Notes: a model not told the origin generated them from the sequence alone. A DNA stretch of 64,000 bases from Octopus vulgaris (GCA_951406725.2 OX597836.1:11842001-11906000), one strand, 5' to 3'. Positions 24,246-38,482 are shown, counted from the stretch's first letter. Numbers and translations are program-made.

Positions 24246-24784
24246 GGTGTGTGTCGAGCCTTATTTATAACATTGCTCATCAAAATGTATCTTTGTCTAA
24301 TTGCCAAGAATATTTGAAAACCTGACACTAGTACGACAAACATACCATAATTTTGTTTTAATACTGTATACACTCATATAATTATTTTACCACAATCCAC
24401 CCAACAGTTGCCGACAGATGCACTATGGGTAGGTTTATCTTTTCACTCTCCAAATTATCTTAATCCAATCTAGTTTCTTTTTATTCATATAATCTTATCT
24501 CTAATAATATATTTTTTTTTATCTTTTCTGAAGATTAAAAATATATTCGTCACCACGAAGCTGCTTAAGAAACTTAATTCATTCTGTTACATTTGTTGTG
24601 ATTGCGTTTTGCAAAACGTTACGTATCTTGTTTGTTTTGGAGAGAATTTGGGTGATCAAGATAAAACTTGAGTTCTTCAAACTGACGCGTAGGAAGAGTT
24701 GTTAAAGCATCAAGCACATTGGTTCGAGGGGTGTTTGTTGGTTCGACTCCCGACACCAGTAGTTCTCAAACTTTCTAATAACCT

Positions 24785-25467
24785 GAAACTGGAGCAGGTC
24801 CAAGGCCTGAATTTTGTAATACCTTGAGCAGATCCAAAGCCTGGATCTTATAATATCTGGAGCAGACCTAAAAACTGGATCTCTTAATATCTGGGCAGAT
24901 CTAAGAACTGGATCTGTTACTATCTGAATTTTTTAATATCTGGAGCAGATCCAAAATCTGGATTTTTTTAAAATCTGGGGCAGATCCAAAACCTAAATTT
25001 TTTAATATCTGGGGCAGATCTAAAAACAGGATCTTTTAATATCTGGAGCAGATCAAAAACCTGGATTTTTAAAAATCTGGGGCAGATCCAAAACCTAATT
25101 TTTTTTAATATCTGGAGCAGATCTAAAACCTGGATCTTTTAATATCTGGAGCATGTCCCAAACCTGAAATTTTTAATATCTAGGGCTGATCCAAAACCTG
25201 GATTTTTAATATCTGAGGCAGATCCAGAACCTGGATTTTTTAATGTCTAGAACAGGTCTTAAACCTGGAATTTTTAATATTGAGGGTAGATCCAAAACCT
25301 GGATTATTTTAATGTCTGGAGCAGGTCCTAAACTTGGATTTTTTAATATTGGAGGTATTTTTTAAACATCTATGGAAGATCCTAAATCTGAATATTTTTA
25401 ATATCTGGGGCAAATCCTAGACCTCGATTTTTTTAATATCCGGGGCAGATCCAAATCTAGATTTTTT
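24785..25467. repeat. ~40-bp minisatellite, about 17 diverged copies
   Basis: Consensus approximately AATATCTGGAGCAGATCCAAAACCTGGATTTTTT in tandem. Confidence 0.9.
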
Positions 25468-26127
25468 AGGGCTTCTTTTTAGCTTCATGCTTTTGCTTGA
25501 TGGGATTGGGGTCATCCTAAGTTAGTGGTCACCGAGACATCATCATGCATTCAACCATTAGATATATCAAAGTAATTACGTTATGTTTCTACCTTCCTCC
25601 CTTACATAAGTCCCAGAGGCCCTGCAACGGGATACGAGGTGTGCCTTCTCTCCTAAGGAAAAATTAAGAAAAAATAAAAGGTTGGTAGAGTACCTTCGAC
25701 AATGAAAAATAAAAAAAAGAAATAGAAGAAATTTTTGAAATTTGGTCTAGCTATGGTGTGGAGAGGACATTAAAATCTATCACAATGATAGTTATTTTTG
25801 TGTTGTGAAGGTGAAAGGTTTCAATCGCTGCTAAAACATCCGTATGAGTATCGTGATTCGGAGACAGTAAGAAGACCTTGTGGTATGTCTTCCGGCTCTG
25901 TGTTCGGACAAATCCTGTGATAACATTGGTGGAAATGCATCAATTCCTGTCAGCGACCTTTGCCATAAAAAAAAACATCAGTATCGTAGAGAGATGAAAC
26001 TTACATGGATGAGGGACTTTTTATTTCCCACAAGGGGACAACATAGATAAGGGACAAATCTATCTGATTGGGGTCAGATAGAAGGATGGATATAACATGA
26101 AGATGACATTAAAAATTCCCAAAAATA

Positions 26128-26554
26128 GGATCTTTTCGGTTTGAACGGCAGTTTTTTCTAGCGGTGTCATATGAAATTGTCACCTATAATTATGACCCTA
26201 GAATCGATCTATTGCATTTCAATCTGTTTTAGGGTTAGGGTTAGTTAGGGTTAGGGTAGGGGAAGGGTATCTTTTTTCTTCAGAAATGTAAATAAACCCA
26301 ATCTGTTTCTTGAACGAGGGACATATTCATACGGCACAGAATGCGTTTTAACTCAATAGACGTCACTGATTGGTTGAAATTGCAGAAATTGAAGAAGTAA
26401 AAAACAACAAATATCTTACAAACTATAGAATTTTCTCAATAAATGCAAGAGAAAAAGATGTTTTATAAACACATTCTACCAGTATATGAAGTTAAAAATC
26501 TTTTAGTTACCTAGAAATTATGTTGAAAAACTGCCGTTCAAACCGAAAAGATCC
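26128..26554. mobile_element. Second copy of the Merlin-like MITE, opposite orientation
   Basis: Same TIRs; 8-bp TSD CAAAAATA/CTAAAATA; internal TTAGGG repeats. Confidence 0.85.
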
Positions 26555-26756
26555 CTAAAATATAAATAAATCGAATGATAGGACAGACCGGAAGACATTA
26601 CGGATGGAGTGGGGAGGGGGGTTCAGTTCGGACCCCACGATCCCCCGCCTCGCCACTGATACCTGAGATACGTCCTGTGCTAATCTTCTCAATAGAAATC
26701 TTGCTTGGACCTGCGCATACATGTACAGATTTATGGTCGACATTGTCAGGCGGAAT

Positions 26757-27170
26757 CTCTTTTACTCTTTTACTTGTTTCAGTCATTTGACTGCGGCCAT
26801 GCTGGAGCACCGCCTTTAGTCGAGCAAATCGACCCCGGGACTTATTCTTTGTAAGCCCAGTACTTATTCTATCGGGGTCTTTTGCCGAACCGCTAAGTGA
26901 CGGGGACGTAAACACACCAGCATCGGTTGTCAAGCAACGCTAGGGGGACAAACACAGACACACAAACATATACACACACATACACACATATATACATACA
27001 TATGTACGACAGGCTTCTTTCAGTTTCCGTCTACCAAATCCACTCACAAGGCATTGGTCGGCCCGGGGCTATAGTAGAAGACACTTGCCCAAGGTGCCAC
27101 GCAGTGGGACTGAACCCGGTACCATGTGATTGGTAAGCAAGCTACTTACTACACAGTCACTCCTGCGCCT
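26757..27170 (-). mobile_element. SINE family A, full length, young
   Basis: Near-consensus family motifs. Confidence 0.92.
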
Positions 27171-27451
27171 ATCCTTTTTTTTTTACATATTTTTCTTTTT
27201 CTGTTGCCTCTCAATTCTTTTTCCCCATTTCTTTTTTTTTCCTTTTCACAAAAGGTATCATCCGAAACGTCGGATACTCTTTTATTTTATCCGTCGACAT
27301 TTTAAGCTTTATTGTACACTTATTTGCTTGTTTTTTTTTTCGCTTTATATTTCTACGCTTTTCAGGCACATACTTTGACTTGTCTGATTCCGCGTGGTAG
27401 TTTTTTTGATTCTTTGTTTCCTCTTTTTACTTTCATTATTTATGCGTGTGA

Positions 27452-27506
<55 letters not shown>

Positions 27507-28096
27507 ACACGCACCATGAGTAAGACTTAATTGACATGCCTGGTTCATCTATAAATCATAAGGATGCTGGATCAATGATGACCTGTGCTGCTCAAACACA
27601 ACTTCACTCTCGTGTGGGATTAAAAGGGTGTATGAAAAGTTTCTCAAAAAAAAAAACTCAAACGTTTCTTATTAATTAAGCGTAGCGCGTTCTTTTAAAG
27701 AGAATATTTAGGAATATTCAAGTTTGCCGAATATTTAATGACTCTGATTAAGAATGACGTCAGCAAATGACGAAACGGTCATTTTGTAACGACCTACAAC
27801 CATGCTTTATCTCTCTCACTCTCTGTCCCTCCACCAAACAACCCCACACCTCCACCCCACCCCTCTCTCTCTCACTCTGTTTTCTACTTTCTGACCTTAT
27901 TAATTACCTGACTCCTGTGTAAACAAGAAAAAAATAGATTTAAAAAGTCTTTAAAAGCTGATGTTGATCTACGTTTTCAGGAATCTGACGTTTCAAGACT
28001 GGTCATTATGTATGTATGTATGTATGTATGTATGTATGTATGTATGTACTTATGTGTAAGGATGTATATGTGTCTATCTACCTATTTCCCTCTCTA

Positions 28097-28141
<45 letters not shown>

Positions 28142-28156
28142 CGGCACCCGTACCCT

Positions 28157-28191
<35 letters not shown>

Positions 28192-28216
28192 CGGCGCCCG
28201 TACCCTTTTGGTCTTT

Positions 28217-28326
<110 letters not shown>

Positions 28327-28386
28327 GGGGGGTGTCTGTTTGTTGTTTACACACTCGTTTTCATTTTTTTGTTTGTTTATAAATTC

Positions 28387-28453
<67 letters not shown>

Positions 28454-28745
28454 GTTATATTGTCAGTGACGATATATATGATGCGTGTGTGTGTGTAACA
28501 ATGTATCTCACTACCAAATATAACCGTATAACAATGAGCAATGTAACAAGAGTTGGTTATCTTATTATAACCGTTCGCACAATAACAATCCAACGCAGAA
28601 TCAATAACGAGACCAACGCTCTCATAGTTCGACCTCAGCTGTTTACTGGCTCATCTGTATTTATAAGACCTGCCCAGTTCACTGACAGCCACGTGCGGCG
28701 TGGGGGGGGGGGTCAGTTCACTCCACAACATGAATACTGAATATA

Positions 28746-29175
28746 GGCGCAGGAGTGGCTGTGTGGTAAGTAGCTTGCTAACCAACCACATGGTTCCGGG
28801 TTCAGTCCCACTGCGTGGCATCTTGGGCAAGTGTCTTCTGCTATAGCCCCGGACCGACCAATGCCTTGTGAGTGGATTTGGTAGACGGAAACTGAAAGAA
28901 GCCTGTCGTATATATGTATATATATATATAAGTGTGTGTGTGTGTGTGTGTTTGTGTGTTTGTGTGTTGTCCCCCTAGCATTGCTTGACAACCGATGCTG
29001 GTGTGTTTACGTCCCCGTCACTTAGCGGTTCGGCAAAAGAGACTGATAGAATAAGTACTGGGTTTACAAAAGAATAAGTCTCGGGGTCGATTTGCTCGAC
29101 TAAAGGCGGTGCTCCAGCATGGCCGCAGTCAAATGACTGTAACAAGTAAAAGAGTAAAAGAAAGAGTAAAGAGTA
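28746..29175 (+). mobile_element. SINE family A, full length, young, (GTAAAAGA)n tail
   Basis: GGCGCAGGAGTGGCTGTGTGGTAAG head through AAGTAAAAGAGTAAAAG tail. Confidence 0.92.
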
Positions 29176-29176
29176 A

Positions 29177-30078
29177 GATGGCTGAGCATGAGGTGGGAAC
29201 TGACTGTGCCCCGTGAAAAAACACGTTGGAGAAGTTCAAGGGAGAAAGCGTGTCAAGTACCAGGAGCTGGTAGAGCAGTGCAGAAACGAAGACTGGTGGG
29301 TGTGCTGTGAGTGAATTAAGTAGGCTGACGGGGTTTGTGGAGGTTTTATTCTGCAAAGCTCTAGATCGACTTGGAGTTAATAGAGCAGCAAAGAAATGGG
29401 TTGGTCGGTCGTATATTTTATCACTGAAGCTACATTTTTATTTTTTTGAGGGGCCAGTTACTTTTCAATATTTAATTTTGCTTACAATTACCGGTTCTTT
29501 TACTTAAACTATCCTATCTCCAACTGCTTCAGAGACCAAAATATGAAAATTGTCAAAGTGTAGTACAACGGCTTAGCATTTCTCAAAAGTGTAGTATGTC
29601 CCACATACGACAGAGAAGGCGACAAAGTGACTTTGGATGAAGAAGATAGATCAGTTATAGTGATTTCTGTTCCCGGGATGAAAACTGGGACTTGGTCAAT
29701 CGCTACTGGATCCAAGTAGACGAAGAGATATGTTACTGAAAGACCCGAAGAATTCCTAAGGCCTCAGAAACATCACTGATGACGCATCTCAGAGCAGCCG
29801 TAAGTCAGATTTATCTCTGAACTTGTGTGGAATTCATTTTGTAAATTCTGACAGTGCTTGGAAATAGTGGCATAGCAAAGGATGAGGGTAGGTCGTATAT
29901 TTCATTACTGAAAATGTACAAAGACTCACTAGATAACTTTGGATATAGAGGACAGACAACGCAGGCCAAGAGTTAGTCAGCGCCGTTTTTGATCAAATGT
30001 ACAAGGGAGTCTGATATTAAAAGAATCGAAACCACCTGAGGCCCGAGAAACACTGCTAATGATGCGCCCCAGTGCATA
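29177..30078 (+). mobile_element. Two degenerate HERO-like non-LTR retrotransposon 3' ends
   Basis: ELTVP...RKRVKYQELVEQCR..W..CCE..GFV...CKALDRLGVNRAAKK (RLE domain with frameshifts); GTCGTATATTT..T.ACTGAA and a 3' UTR block each occur twice. Confidence 0.7.
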
Positions 30079-30473
30079 AGTGACGTGTATCTTCAAGCAA
30101 TTAGATTCGGTACAGTATCCAGCTTGAACCCAAGTTCAAATCCGGATCGGTCGACTGTTAACTCTCCATAAAGTACCAGTGATATATTGGTGTCGATCCT
30201 AACTGTTTCACTACGCTTCTCTTCTTCTACCAAGATATCTAAATATAATATCCAAGATGTAATTCTATTTCTTTCTATATGTAAAAGTATGAATGTCGTT
30301 AAAAAATAAAGATGGCACAATAATTTTATTTAAATGTGTGTAAAGTGATAATTACCTTAGCGTTTAGAATATGAGATAATATTAATTTATTTCATTCGAA
30401 AATGATAATTTTTGTCATTTTATGTTTGTAGAACATAACATGGAAGTTTTTTTTTTTACTTTTTTTCCGGTTT

Positions 30474-30475
<2 letters not shown>

Positions 30476-30555
<80 letters not shown>
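30476..30555. repeat. 80-nt poly(C) homopolymer
   Basis: Direct count. Confidence 0.95.
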
Positions 30556-30559
<4 letters not shown>

Positions 30560-30654
30560 ATTTCAAACCTGCAAGTGATAATTTAGTTATTTCCACCTTA
30601 AATTATATAAAAAGGATAATTTAGTTTTCATTTAAAAAAATGTTAAATGACTTG

Positions 30655-32190
30655 CTAGTAGTAGTTGTGGTGGTGGTGGTGGTGGTGGTGGTGGTGGTGG
30701 TGGTGGTTTTGAAGTTAGTAATGATCGTGGTAGTGGCGACAGGTTTTAATGATGGCGGCGGCTGCATAGGCGGTGGTGGTGGTGGTGGTGGTAGTGCTGG
30801 TAGTGGTGGTGGTGGTGGTGGTGGTGGTGGTGGTGGTGGTAGTAGTGCTGGTAGTGGTAGTGGTTGTGGTGGTGGTGGTGGTGGTGGTGGTGGTAGTAGT
30901 AGTGCTGGTAGTGGTGGTGGTGGTGGTGGTGGTGGTGGTGGTGGTGGTGGTGGTGGTGGTGGTGGCGGTGGTTGGTGTGTTGGTGGTGTTGGTGGTGTTG
31001 GTGGTGGTGGTGGTGGTGGTTGTGGTGGTGGTGGTGGTGGTGGTGGTGGTGGTGGTGGTGGTGGTGGTGGTGGTGGTAGTGGTGGTGGTGGTGGTGGTGG
31101 TGGTGGTGGTAGTAGTAGTGCTGGTAGTGGTGGTGGTGGTGGTGGTGGTGGTGGTGGCGGTGGTTGGTGTTGGTGGTGTTGGTGGTGTTGGTGGTGGTGA
31201 TGGTGGTGGTTGTGGTTGTGGTGGTGGTTGTGGTGGTGGTGGTGGTGGTGGTGGTGGTGGTGGTGGTGATGGTGGTGGTAGTGGTGATAGTGGTGGTGGT
31301 GGTGGTAGTGGTGGTGGTGGTGGTGGTGGTGGTGGTGGTGGTGGTGGCGGTGGTGTTATTACTAGCAATCGGTTTAGAGACAGAGATAGTTGCATTATTG
31401 CCAAGGTAGTTATGTGATTATACCGTTGTAATTTTTGCTGTTGTTTAGCCCCAGGTAAGCCTCCATTGCGAAGATGTATACCCAGAGTCATTCCAGCGGC
31501 AACCAATCATCTTTTGTTGTTTTTTGGGGTTTTTTTGTTTCTTGTTTTTTTTTGGGCTATGAAATGGGAACCCAAGAAGTTATTTTGGCTACTATTTCTA
31601 GGATGTGGAAGGACTACACAGGAGAACTTTGCCGTTGGCTGGTGGGTATTGTCCGTCGGGTTAGGAACAGGGAAGAAGGAGGTGGCGCTGGTGGTGCGGG
31701 TGATGGCGATCGTGGTGGTGGTGGTGGTGGTGGTGGTACTGATGATGGCGATGGTGATCGTGTTAGTGGTGGCGGTGGCAGTCGCGGCGGCAGCGGTGGT
31801 AGTGGTGGTGGTGGTACTGCTGTAGGTGGTGGTGCTGGTGACGTTGGTACTGATGATCACGATGGCGATGGTGGGGGTGGTGGGGGAATAGCGGATGATG
31901 GTGATGATGGTGATGATGGTGATGATGATGATGGTGGTGATGATAGTGGTGGCAGTGGTGGTGGTGGTGGTGGTATTGGTGGTATTTGTAGTGGTGGTGG
32001 TGGTGGTGGTGGTGGTGGTGGTGGTGGTGGTGGTTGTGATGGTGGTGCTGATGATCACGATGGCGATGGTGGTGGGGGTGGGGGGATTGCGGTCACAGCA
32101 ACAGTAATGATGATGGTGATGATGATGGTGATGATGATGGTGGTGGTGGTGGTGGTGGTGGTGGTGGTGGTGGTGGTGTTGGTGGCGGCG
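30655..32190. repeat. (GGT)n-rich low-complexity region with a complex island at ~31355-31680
   Basis: Direct observation; source of poly-G/V/T/P pseudo-ORFs. Confidence 0.9.
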
Positions 32191-32525
32191 TGGTTTGGAG
32201 GGGGGGATAGTATTCATCAATGTCTAATATAACATTTTAATTAAAATTGAGGAAAGGTTATCGGACTAGCAAGGCTAATGAAACCGACAGCAATTGCAGA
32301 GAAAGCAACTGCACACACACGCATACACACACAAACATACACACACACACACACACACGCACACTGCACATTGTACACCACCACTGCATACTACCCCCTA
32401 CACATCTGGGTAGCATTCACCCTTATCATGTTAAGTAATATCACCAATGAAGCACATGCTTCCCGATTGCTATCAACGGCGAACAAATATTTACGTGTGC
32501 ATACACATTGACACATTCATAAGCG

Positions 32526-32565
<40 letters not shown>

Positions 32566-32722
32566 TAGACACATATGTATTCATACACATGCAAGCAGAT
32601 CCGCATATTCAGTCCCACTAATGCGCACGCATTCGTACAGTCACGTGTGCAGATGCAGACGCATGCTCAAACACAACCTCAAACACACACACACATACAC
32701 ATACACACGCACGCACACACAG

Positions 32723-32753
<31 letters not shown>

Positions 32754-32841
32754 TATACGCATATTCGAACAGAGAAACATATAAATATATATATATATAT
32801 TTATATTTATTATATCTATATATTTATATTTTATATATATG

Positions 32842-32900
<59 letters not shown>

Positions 32901-32901
<1 letters not shown>

Positions 32902-33082
32902 GGGGAGAATCCACAAGAAAACTAAAGATGAAGACAGGTGGTGTAGAAAACAAACAGATGCATTAGTATAACGCTCGGGAAACGAAAAAGTCTTTAACGT
33001 TTCGAGCTTACGCTCTTCCACAGAAAGAAACAAGGAGAGAAAATGAAGAATGTGTAGTAGCTAGCGATCTATCATGGCGAAG
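32901..33082 (-). mobile_element. Small (TA)n-embedded element with minimal hammerhead variant at 32992-33027 (core CUGUGGA)
   Basis: CTTT-CTGTGGA-A-GAGC-gtaa-GCTC-GAAA-CG-TT-AAAG; a truncated relative lies at ~17981-18045. Confidence 0.6.
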
Positions 33083-33668
33083 ATATATATATATATATAT
33101 ATATATATGTATTCACAAACACGGAGAGACGTACACATAAATATCTATATAGACACATACATACATATATATATATACATACATACACACACACATATAC
33201 TCTGAAAAATGCACAATTTTATTTGAACACTCTGTACTCACACTGCACAGGTTGCAACATCTTCATACATACATGCATACATACATACATACACACATCT
33301 ATGCAGCTATTCACGCCCACACAGTCAGATATACGTATGTAAAATATGCAAACACATAGATGCTTCCATGCGTACGAGCGCACATACTTACATGCATAGA
33401 TTGCATATACACTAGCAAATACATGCGCGTGCGCGTATACATATGCAAACAGACATAGATACAAACAATTATTGTAGAGTTCATGACAGCACCACAATTT
33501 CGTTTATAAACTTGACTATATCTATCTATTAGATATCTATCTATCTATATATATATATCTGTACACTCATACGCATGCCCAGACATACACACACACACAT
33601 AAACATATGTATATATATATGTATACATTCACACACTTATATATATATATACACACACGCACACACAC

Positions 33669-33826
<158 letters not shown>

Positions 33827-34216
33827 GAGTGTATGTATTTACATCGGTGTGTATATGTACTCCGGTATACGTGTGTATATCTATATATATATGTTTGCAC
33901 GTATTTGTGTGTTTATATAAGTTAACATATAAACTTCACCATAATATAAACACAACAAATTTCAACATACATGCATGTGTATAAGATGACGCATTTGTAT
34001 ACACATAGAGTTACTCAAATATCAACGCACATGCGCACACACATGCGTACATTGTGATGTAGGTGCATATGTACTAAGATCGATTGTTAGCAACGTACGG
34101 TCATAAGCTGCTGGAGAAAATTATATACGCACCCTTCTACACACAGACACACACACACACTCGCACGTACACATATGAACACATCTATATACGGGTACTA
34201 TTACTACTATACTATT

Positions 34217-34408
34217 TTGGTTCAGTCATTTGACTGTGGCCATGCTGGAGCAGCGCCTTTAGTCGAGCAAATCGACCCCAGGACTTATTCTTTGTAAGCC
34301 AAGTACTTATTCTATCGGTCTCTTTTGTCGAACCGCTAGGCTACGGGGACGTAAACACACCACCATCGGTTGTCAAGCGATGTTGGGGGGACAAACACAG
34401 ACACACAA

Positions 34409-34447
<39 letters not shown>

Positions 34448-34603
34448 CATATATACGATGGGCTTCTTTCAGTTTCCGTCTACTAAATCCACTCACAAGG
34501 CTTTGGTCGACCCGAGGCTATAGTAGAAGACACTTGCCCAAGGTGCCACGCAGTGGGGCTGAACCCGGAACCATGTGGGTAGTAAACAAGCTACTTCCCA
34601 CAC
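34217..34603 (-). mobile_element. SINE family A
   Basis: Family motifs. Confidence 0.9.
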
Positions 34604-35394
34604 ATACACACACACACATATATATACACACTCACAAACATGCCCACGCATACATACACGCACACTCACACATATACATATACGAATATATACACTCACA
34701 CGCACTTACGTACATACACACACATGTATATATACACTCACACACACGACCGCATATACACACGCGCGCACATAGACACACGCATATATATATATATATA
34801 TATATACACTCACACACACACCCACACACACACACCCACACATACAAACACATGCAGACACACACACACATGCACACACACAAACACACAAATATATATA
34901 TATGTGTGCATGAGTGGGCGTGTGTATGAGTGTATATGTATATACATATATACACTCTCACACACGCCCACTCATACACACAAGCACATACATACACACA
35001 CGCCCACACATACACACACACGCACACACTGACACACACGCACGCACTCATACACATATATGCGCTTGCACACACGCGCCCAACACATACACACATACAC
35101 ACACACATATGCACACACGGATTCACACACGCACACACACACATATACACTGACACACATACGCCCACACATCACTGTGTGTAAAGGCAATGGCCGGAAA
35201 ATAACATACAGATCAGAAATTCGAATCATGGCTAAAATGAATAGACCTACACTAAGCGAGCCCCTTAGAACAAGGGTTGGGTGCAAGCTCGTCCCTTTCG
35301 AGGCCGGGGTAATCCTGGACCCGTGGGGGTTCCTTGCTTGGCCCTAGTTGGAGGTTCTCCAGTACCAGGAGGACTGCATCGTAGATACCTTAAC

Positions 35395-35620
35395 ACACGA
35401 GGTGGTTCCATGATTTGCTCTGTAGCGCGCCAACAGATGGCAGCATAAGGTTGCATGCGCAGTGAGAGCTAGCAGAGACGTTCATATAGATGTGTGCAAG
35501 TTGTGAAATTTGTATTTTTGTTATCACATGTATGCTGTAGTCTGCGATTTTGTTGTGGACAGGAACAAAGAGCCAACGTCAAATTCAATGTTAAACCTGA
35601 GAAGTCTGTCACAGAGACAT
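35395..35620 (+). mobile_element. Mariner 5' fragment
   Basis: EQRANVKFNVKPEKSVTET resembles the mariner N-terminal EQRANIKFCVKLGKSATET helix. Confidence 0.65.
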
Positions 35621-36315
35621 TCTTTTCTACTCTAGGCAGAAGGCCCCAAATTTTGGGGAGGGGGCCAGTCGATTAGATCGACCCCAGTATGCAACTGGTA
35701 CTTAATTTATCGACTTCGAAAGGATGAAAGGCGAAGTCGACCTCGCCGGAATTTAAACTCAAAACGCAAAGACGGATGAAATGCTGCTAAGCATTTCGTC
35801 CGGCGTGCTAAATTAAATGCTAAATATTCTTTTCTAGTCTAAGCACAAGGTCATAAAATTTTGGGAGAGGGTGCCAGTCGAGTAGATCGACCCCAGTACA
35901 AAACTGGTACTTAATTTATCGACCTCGAAAGGATGAAAGGCGAAGTCGACCTCGGCGGAATTTGAACTCAAAACGCAAAGACGGATGAAATACTGCTAAG
36001 CATTTCGTCCGGTGTGCTAAATTAAATGCTAAATATTCTTTTCTAGTCTAAGCACAAGGTCATAAAATTTTGGGAGAGGGGGCCAGTCAATTAGATCGAC
36101 CCTAGTACGCAACTGGTACTTAATTTATCGACTTCGAAAGGATGAAATGCGAAGTCGACCTCGGCGGAATTTGAACTCAAAATGTAAAGACAGACGAAAT
36201 ACGGCTAAGCATTTCGTGATAAGATTTCTTATTTCTTTACTGCCCACAAGGAGCTACACACAGAGGGGACAAACAAGAACAGACAAACGGATTAAGTCGA
36301 TTATATCGACCCCAG
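35620..36315 (-). mobile_element. Tandem array of three ~208-bp SINE family B units plus a tail fragment
   Basis: Units start at ~35620, 35827 and 36035 with a shared junction GTGCTAAATTAAATGCTAAATATTC. Confidence 0.88.
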
Positions 36316-36316
36316 C

Positions 36317-36771
36317 TAACGCTGGAGATGTACTACGGTGTCAGCTGTTTACTAACAGTGAACTAAGGTAACACCTCTTATTTTTCGAGCACCTTCCGGA
36401 GTATTCGAGCGGTTCCAAGTAGTGATGTTTAATGCAAGTGCTCCACCTTTATTGCACCCCTATTTGTTCCATGTACTTCAAGATTTTTAGTCAATGTTCC
36501 CAGGACTATGACAATTATTTGTACTACTACCACCTTTTTTGTTGACCACAACTGCTTAACCTCCTAAGCTAACCTGTCATATCTATCAACTTTTCTTTCT
36601 TCCTTATCGCATACCTTGTTGTCAGCTGGGCATGCTATATCTATGATTCAGCATAGTTTACTTTCTTTCTCAACTAAGACTATGTCTGTCTTCCTTTTCT
36701 CTATCTCATGGTCGCACTGAATCATAAAAAATTCTCACAGGATCTTTATATTATTATTTTCGATGATGCCT
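36317..36771 (-). mobile_element. R4/Dong-clade LINE RLE domain fragment, with stops
   Basis: Minus: ENNNIKIL..MIQCDHEIEKRKTDIVLVEKESKLC*IIDIACPADNKV..KEERKVDRY...LLGTARILRKVLEK*. Confidence 0.85.
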
Positions 36772-36789
36772 ATTATTAATATTATCATT

Positions 36790-36880
36790 GTATTTTTCCT
36801 TCTTTCTTCAAATTTTCTTCCATTTCTCGCCGTGTGTTTTCCGTACACCTAGGGCAGAGAAGCTCATTGTATGTGTTCTC
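36790..36880 (-). mobile_element. R4/Dong 3' UTR remnant homologous to 7915-7990
   Basis: Reverse complement ATGAGCTTCTCTGCCCTAGG...CGGCGAGAAATGGAAGAAAATTTGAA matches 7921-7982. Confidence 0.7.
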
Positions 36881-37004
36881 CTCATCCTTTTTCTTTTTCA
36901 AGAAAGTAATACACACACACAAACCATGTGTGTATAATTGTAAACAAATTTTTATTCTTTTAATCTGTATTGTATAATATCATATACATATATATATATA
37001 TATA

Positions 37005-37369
37005 TCTCTATATAAACGGCAGTTTGTCTGTGTGTGTTTCTGTGTGTCTGTTAGGTTGTACCCTCACCCTGACCACGGCTTTCAACCGATTCTGATGAAA
37101 CTTGACACACACATAGCCCAATGTCATAATTCAAAACTAACGCAGCGAAAATTTTGAAAAGTTCCCCCAGTTCTGAAAAAAAATCGATAAATTCGACATG
37201 GGGTCGAGAATCAGAAACACAAACCACAGACAGTCTAGGGGACGCAACTCGACCTTTTTAACAAAAAAAATTTACCATCATTTTTTTTCCATTTTTTGGC
37301 TATAACTCTCTAAAAATGCTTTATAGTTATTTCCCTTACAAACCCGAGCAACGCCGGGCGATACTGCTA

Positions 37370-37370
<1 letters not shown>
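37005..37370 (+). mobile_element. Non-autonomous Helitron
   Basis: 5' TC(TCTATATAA), subterminal hairpin CCCGAGCAACGCCGGG, 3' CTAG, inserted between A and T with no TSD. Confidence 0.85.
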
Positions 37371-37407
<37 letters not shown>

Positions 37408-37433
37408 TCTTATTATTATTATGATGATTATTA

Positions 37434-37491
<58 letters not shown>

Positions 37492-38451
37492 CATTATTAT
37501 TTTTATTATTATTATTATTATTATTACTTCATGCACGGCGATGCAAGTGTCATTACATCACATCACTCTACACTCGGACGTTATCTGATAATAACCTACC
37601 AGATAATATCATCACCACCAACACCACCACCACCACCACCACCAGGTATGCCCGACGCTAACATGTGGCAGATAACAGCGATAGACCCTTTTTTTTTACT
37701 TCGGATGACTGTTTACCACAGCTTCCGGCTCTTGGAAGTCATCCGCTGTCAGGTAATGACCATTTCATCTGGCACGACTTCTGCAAGGGGAGAGGGTGAC
37801 GGTCGCGATGTACTGTGGTTTCCAGAGATTTCCATAAAAGCAAATTAGTCACGTGAAAACGGATTGAAATGGCCTGTAGATGTCTCCTGTTGAAGATCTG
37901 ACTCGGTACTATGGTTAATGAAGCAAGTCTTTTTTTGTTTTCATTGTTGCACTGAATAAGCAGCACTGAATGAAAAATATGTGTATGTAATCATATTTAA
38001 TACGTTCATGTTCACTCGGACATGGAAAGACGATACGCTGCAGAAACTGTCTCGAAATGGACGGAATGCTGTTAGGCATTTTGCTCAGCAAGCTAACGAT
38101 TCTGCCAGTTTGCTGCCCTTGATTCATTAAATATTACCACACGTGTCATCCATAACAAAAATTCGTGTAATGCTAGTGAACCTAGGCAAGTCGTAAGAGC
38201 GTCTTCGTGGAAGTGATGTTTTATTCTTTTTTTTTTAGCTGTGTTTTTTCTGTTACTGTCATGGTTTGTGTTTGCTGTTGAAACATTTATCAACCTGTAA
38301 AGTGTCAGAAGTTTTTGCTTTCCCTGTACTTATGTATGTATGTGTGTGTCTGTGTGAGAGTGTGTGCGTGTGCTTGCGTGTGTATATGTATGTATATATG
38401 TATGTATATGCATCAATATATATGTATATATGTATACATATATATGTATGC

Positions 38452-38482
<31 letters not shown>

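Noticed and set aside
24785-25467. Possible CRISPR array
   Set aside because: Units are contiguous with no unique spacers, there are no cas genes, and the context is eukaryotic.
30005-30040. CTGAT...GAAAC motif in the HERO-like 3' UTR
   Set aside because: Core and stems are too degenerate to call a ribozyme.
31445-31460. CAG|GTAAG splice-donor-like site
   Set aside because: No supporting acceptor or coherent exon; the surrounding sequence looks repeat-derived.
30640-32232. Gly-, Val-, Thr- and Pro-rich ORFs up to 263 aa
   Set aside because: (GGT)n microsatellite open in several frames on both strands; no domain content.
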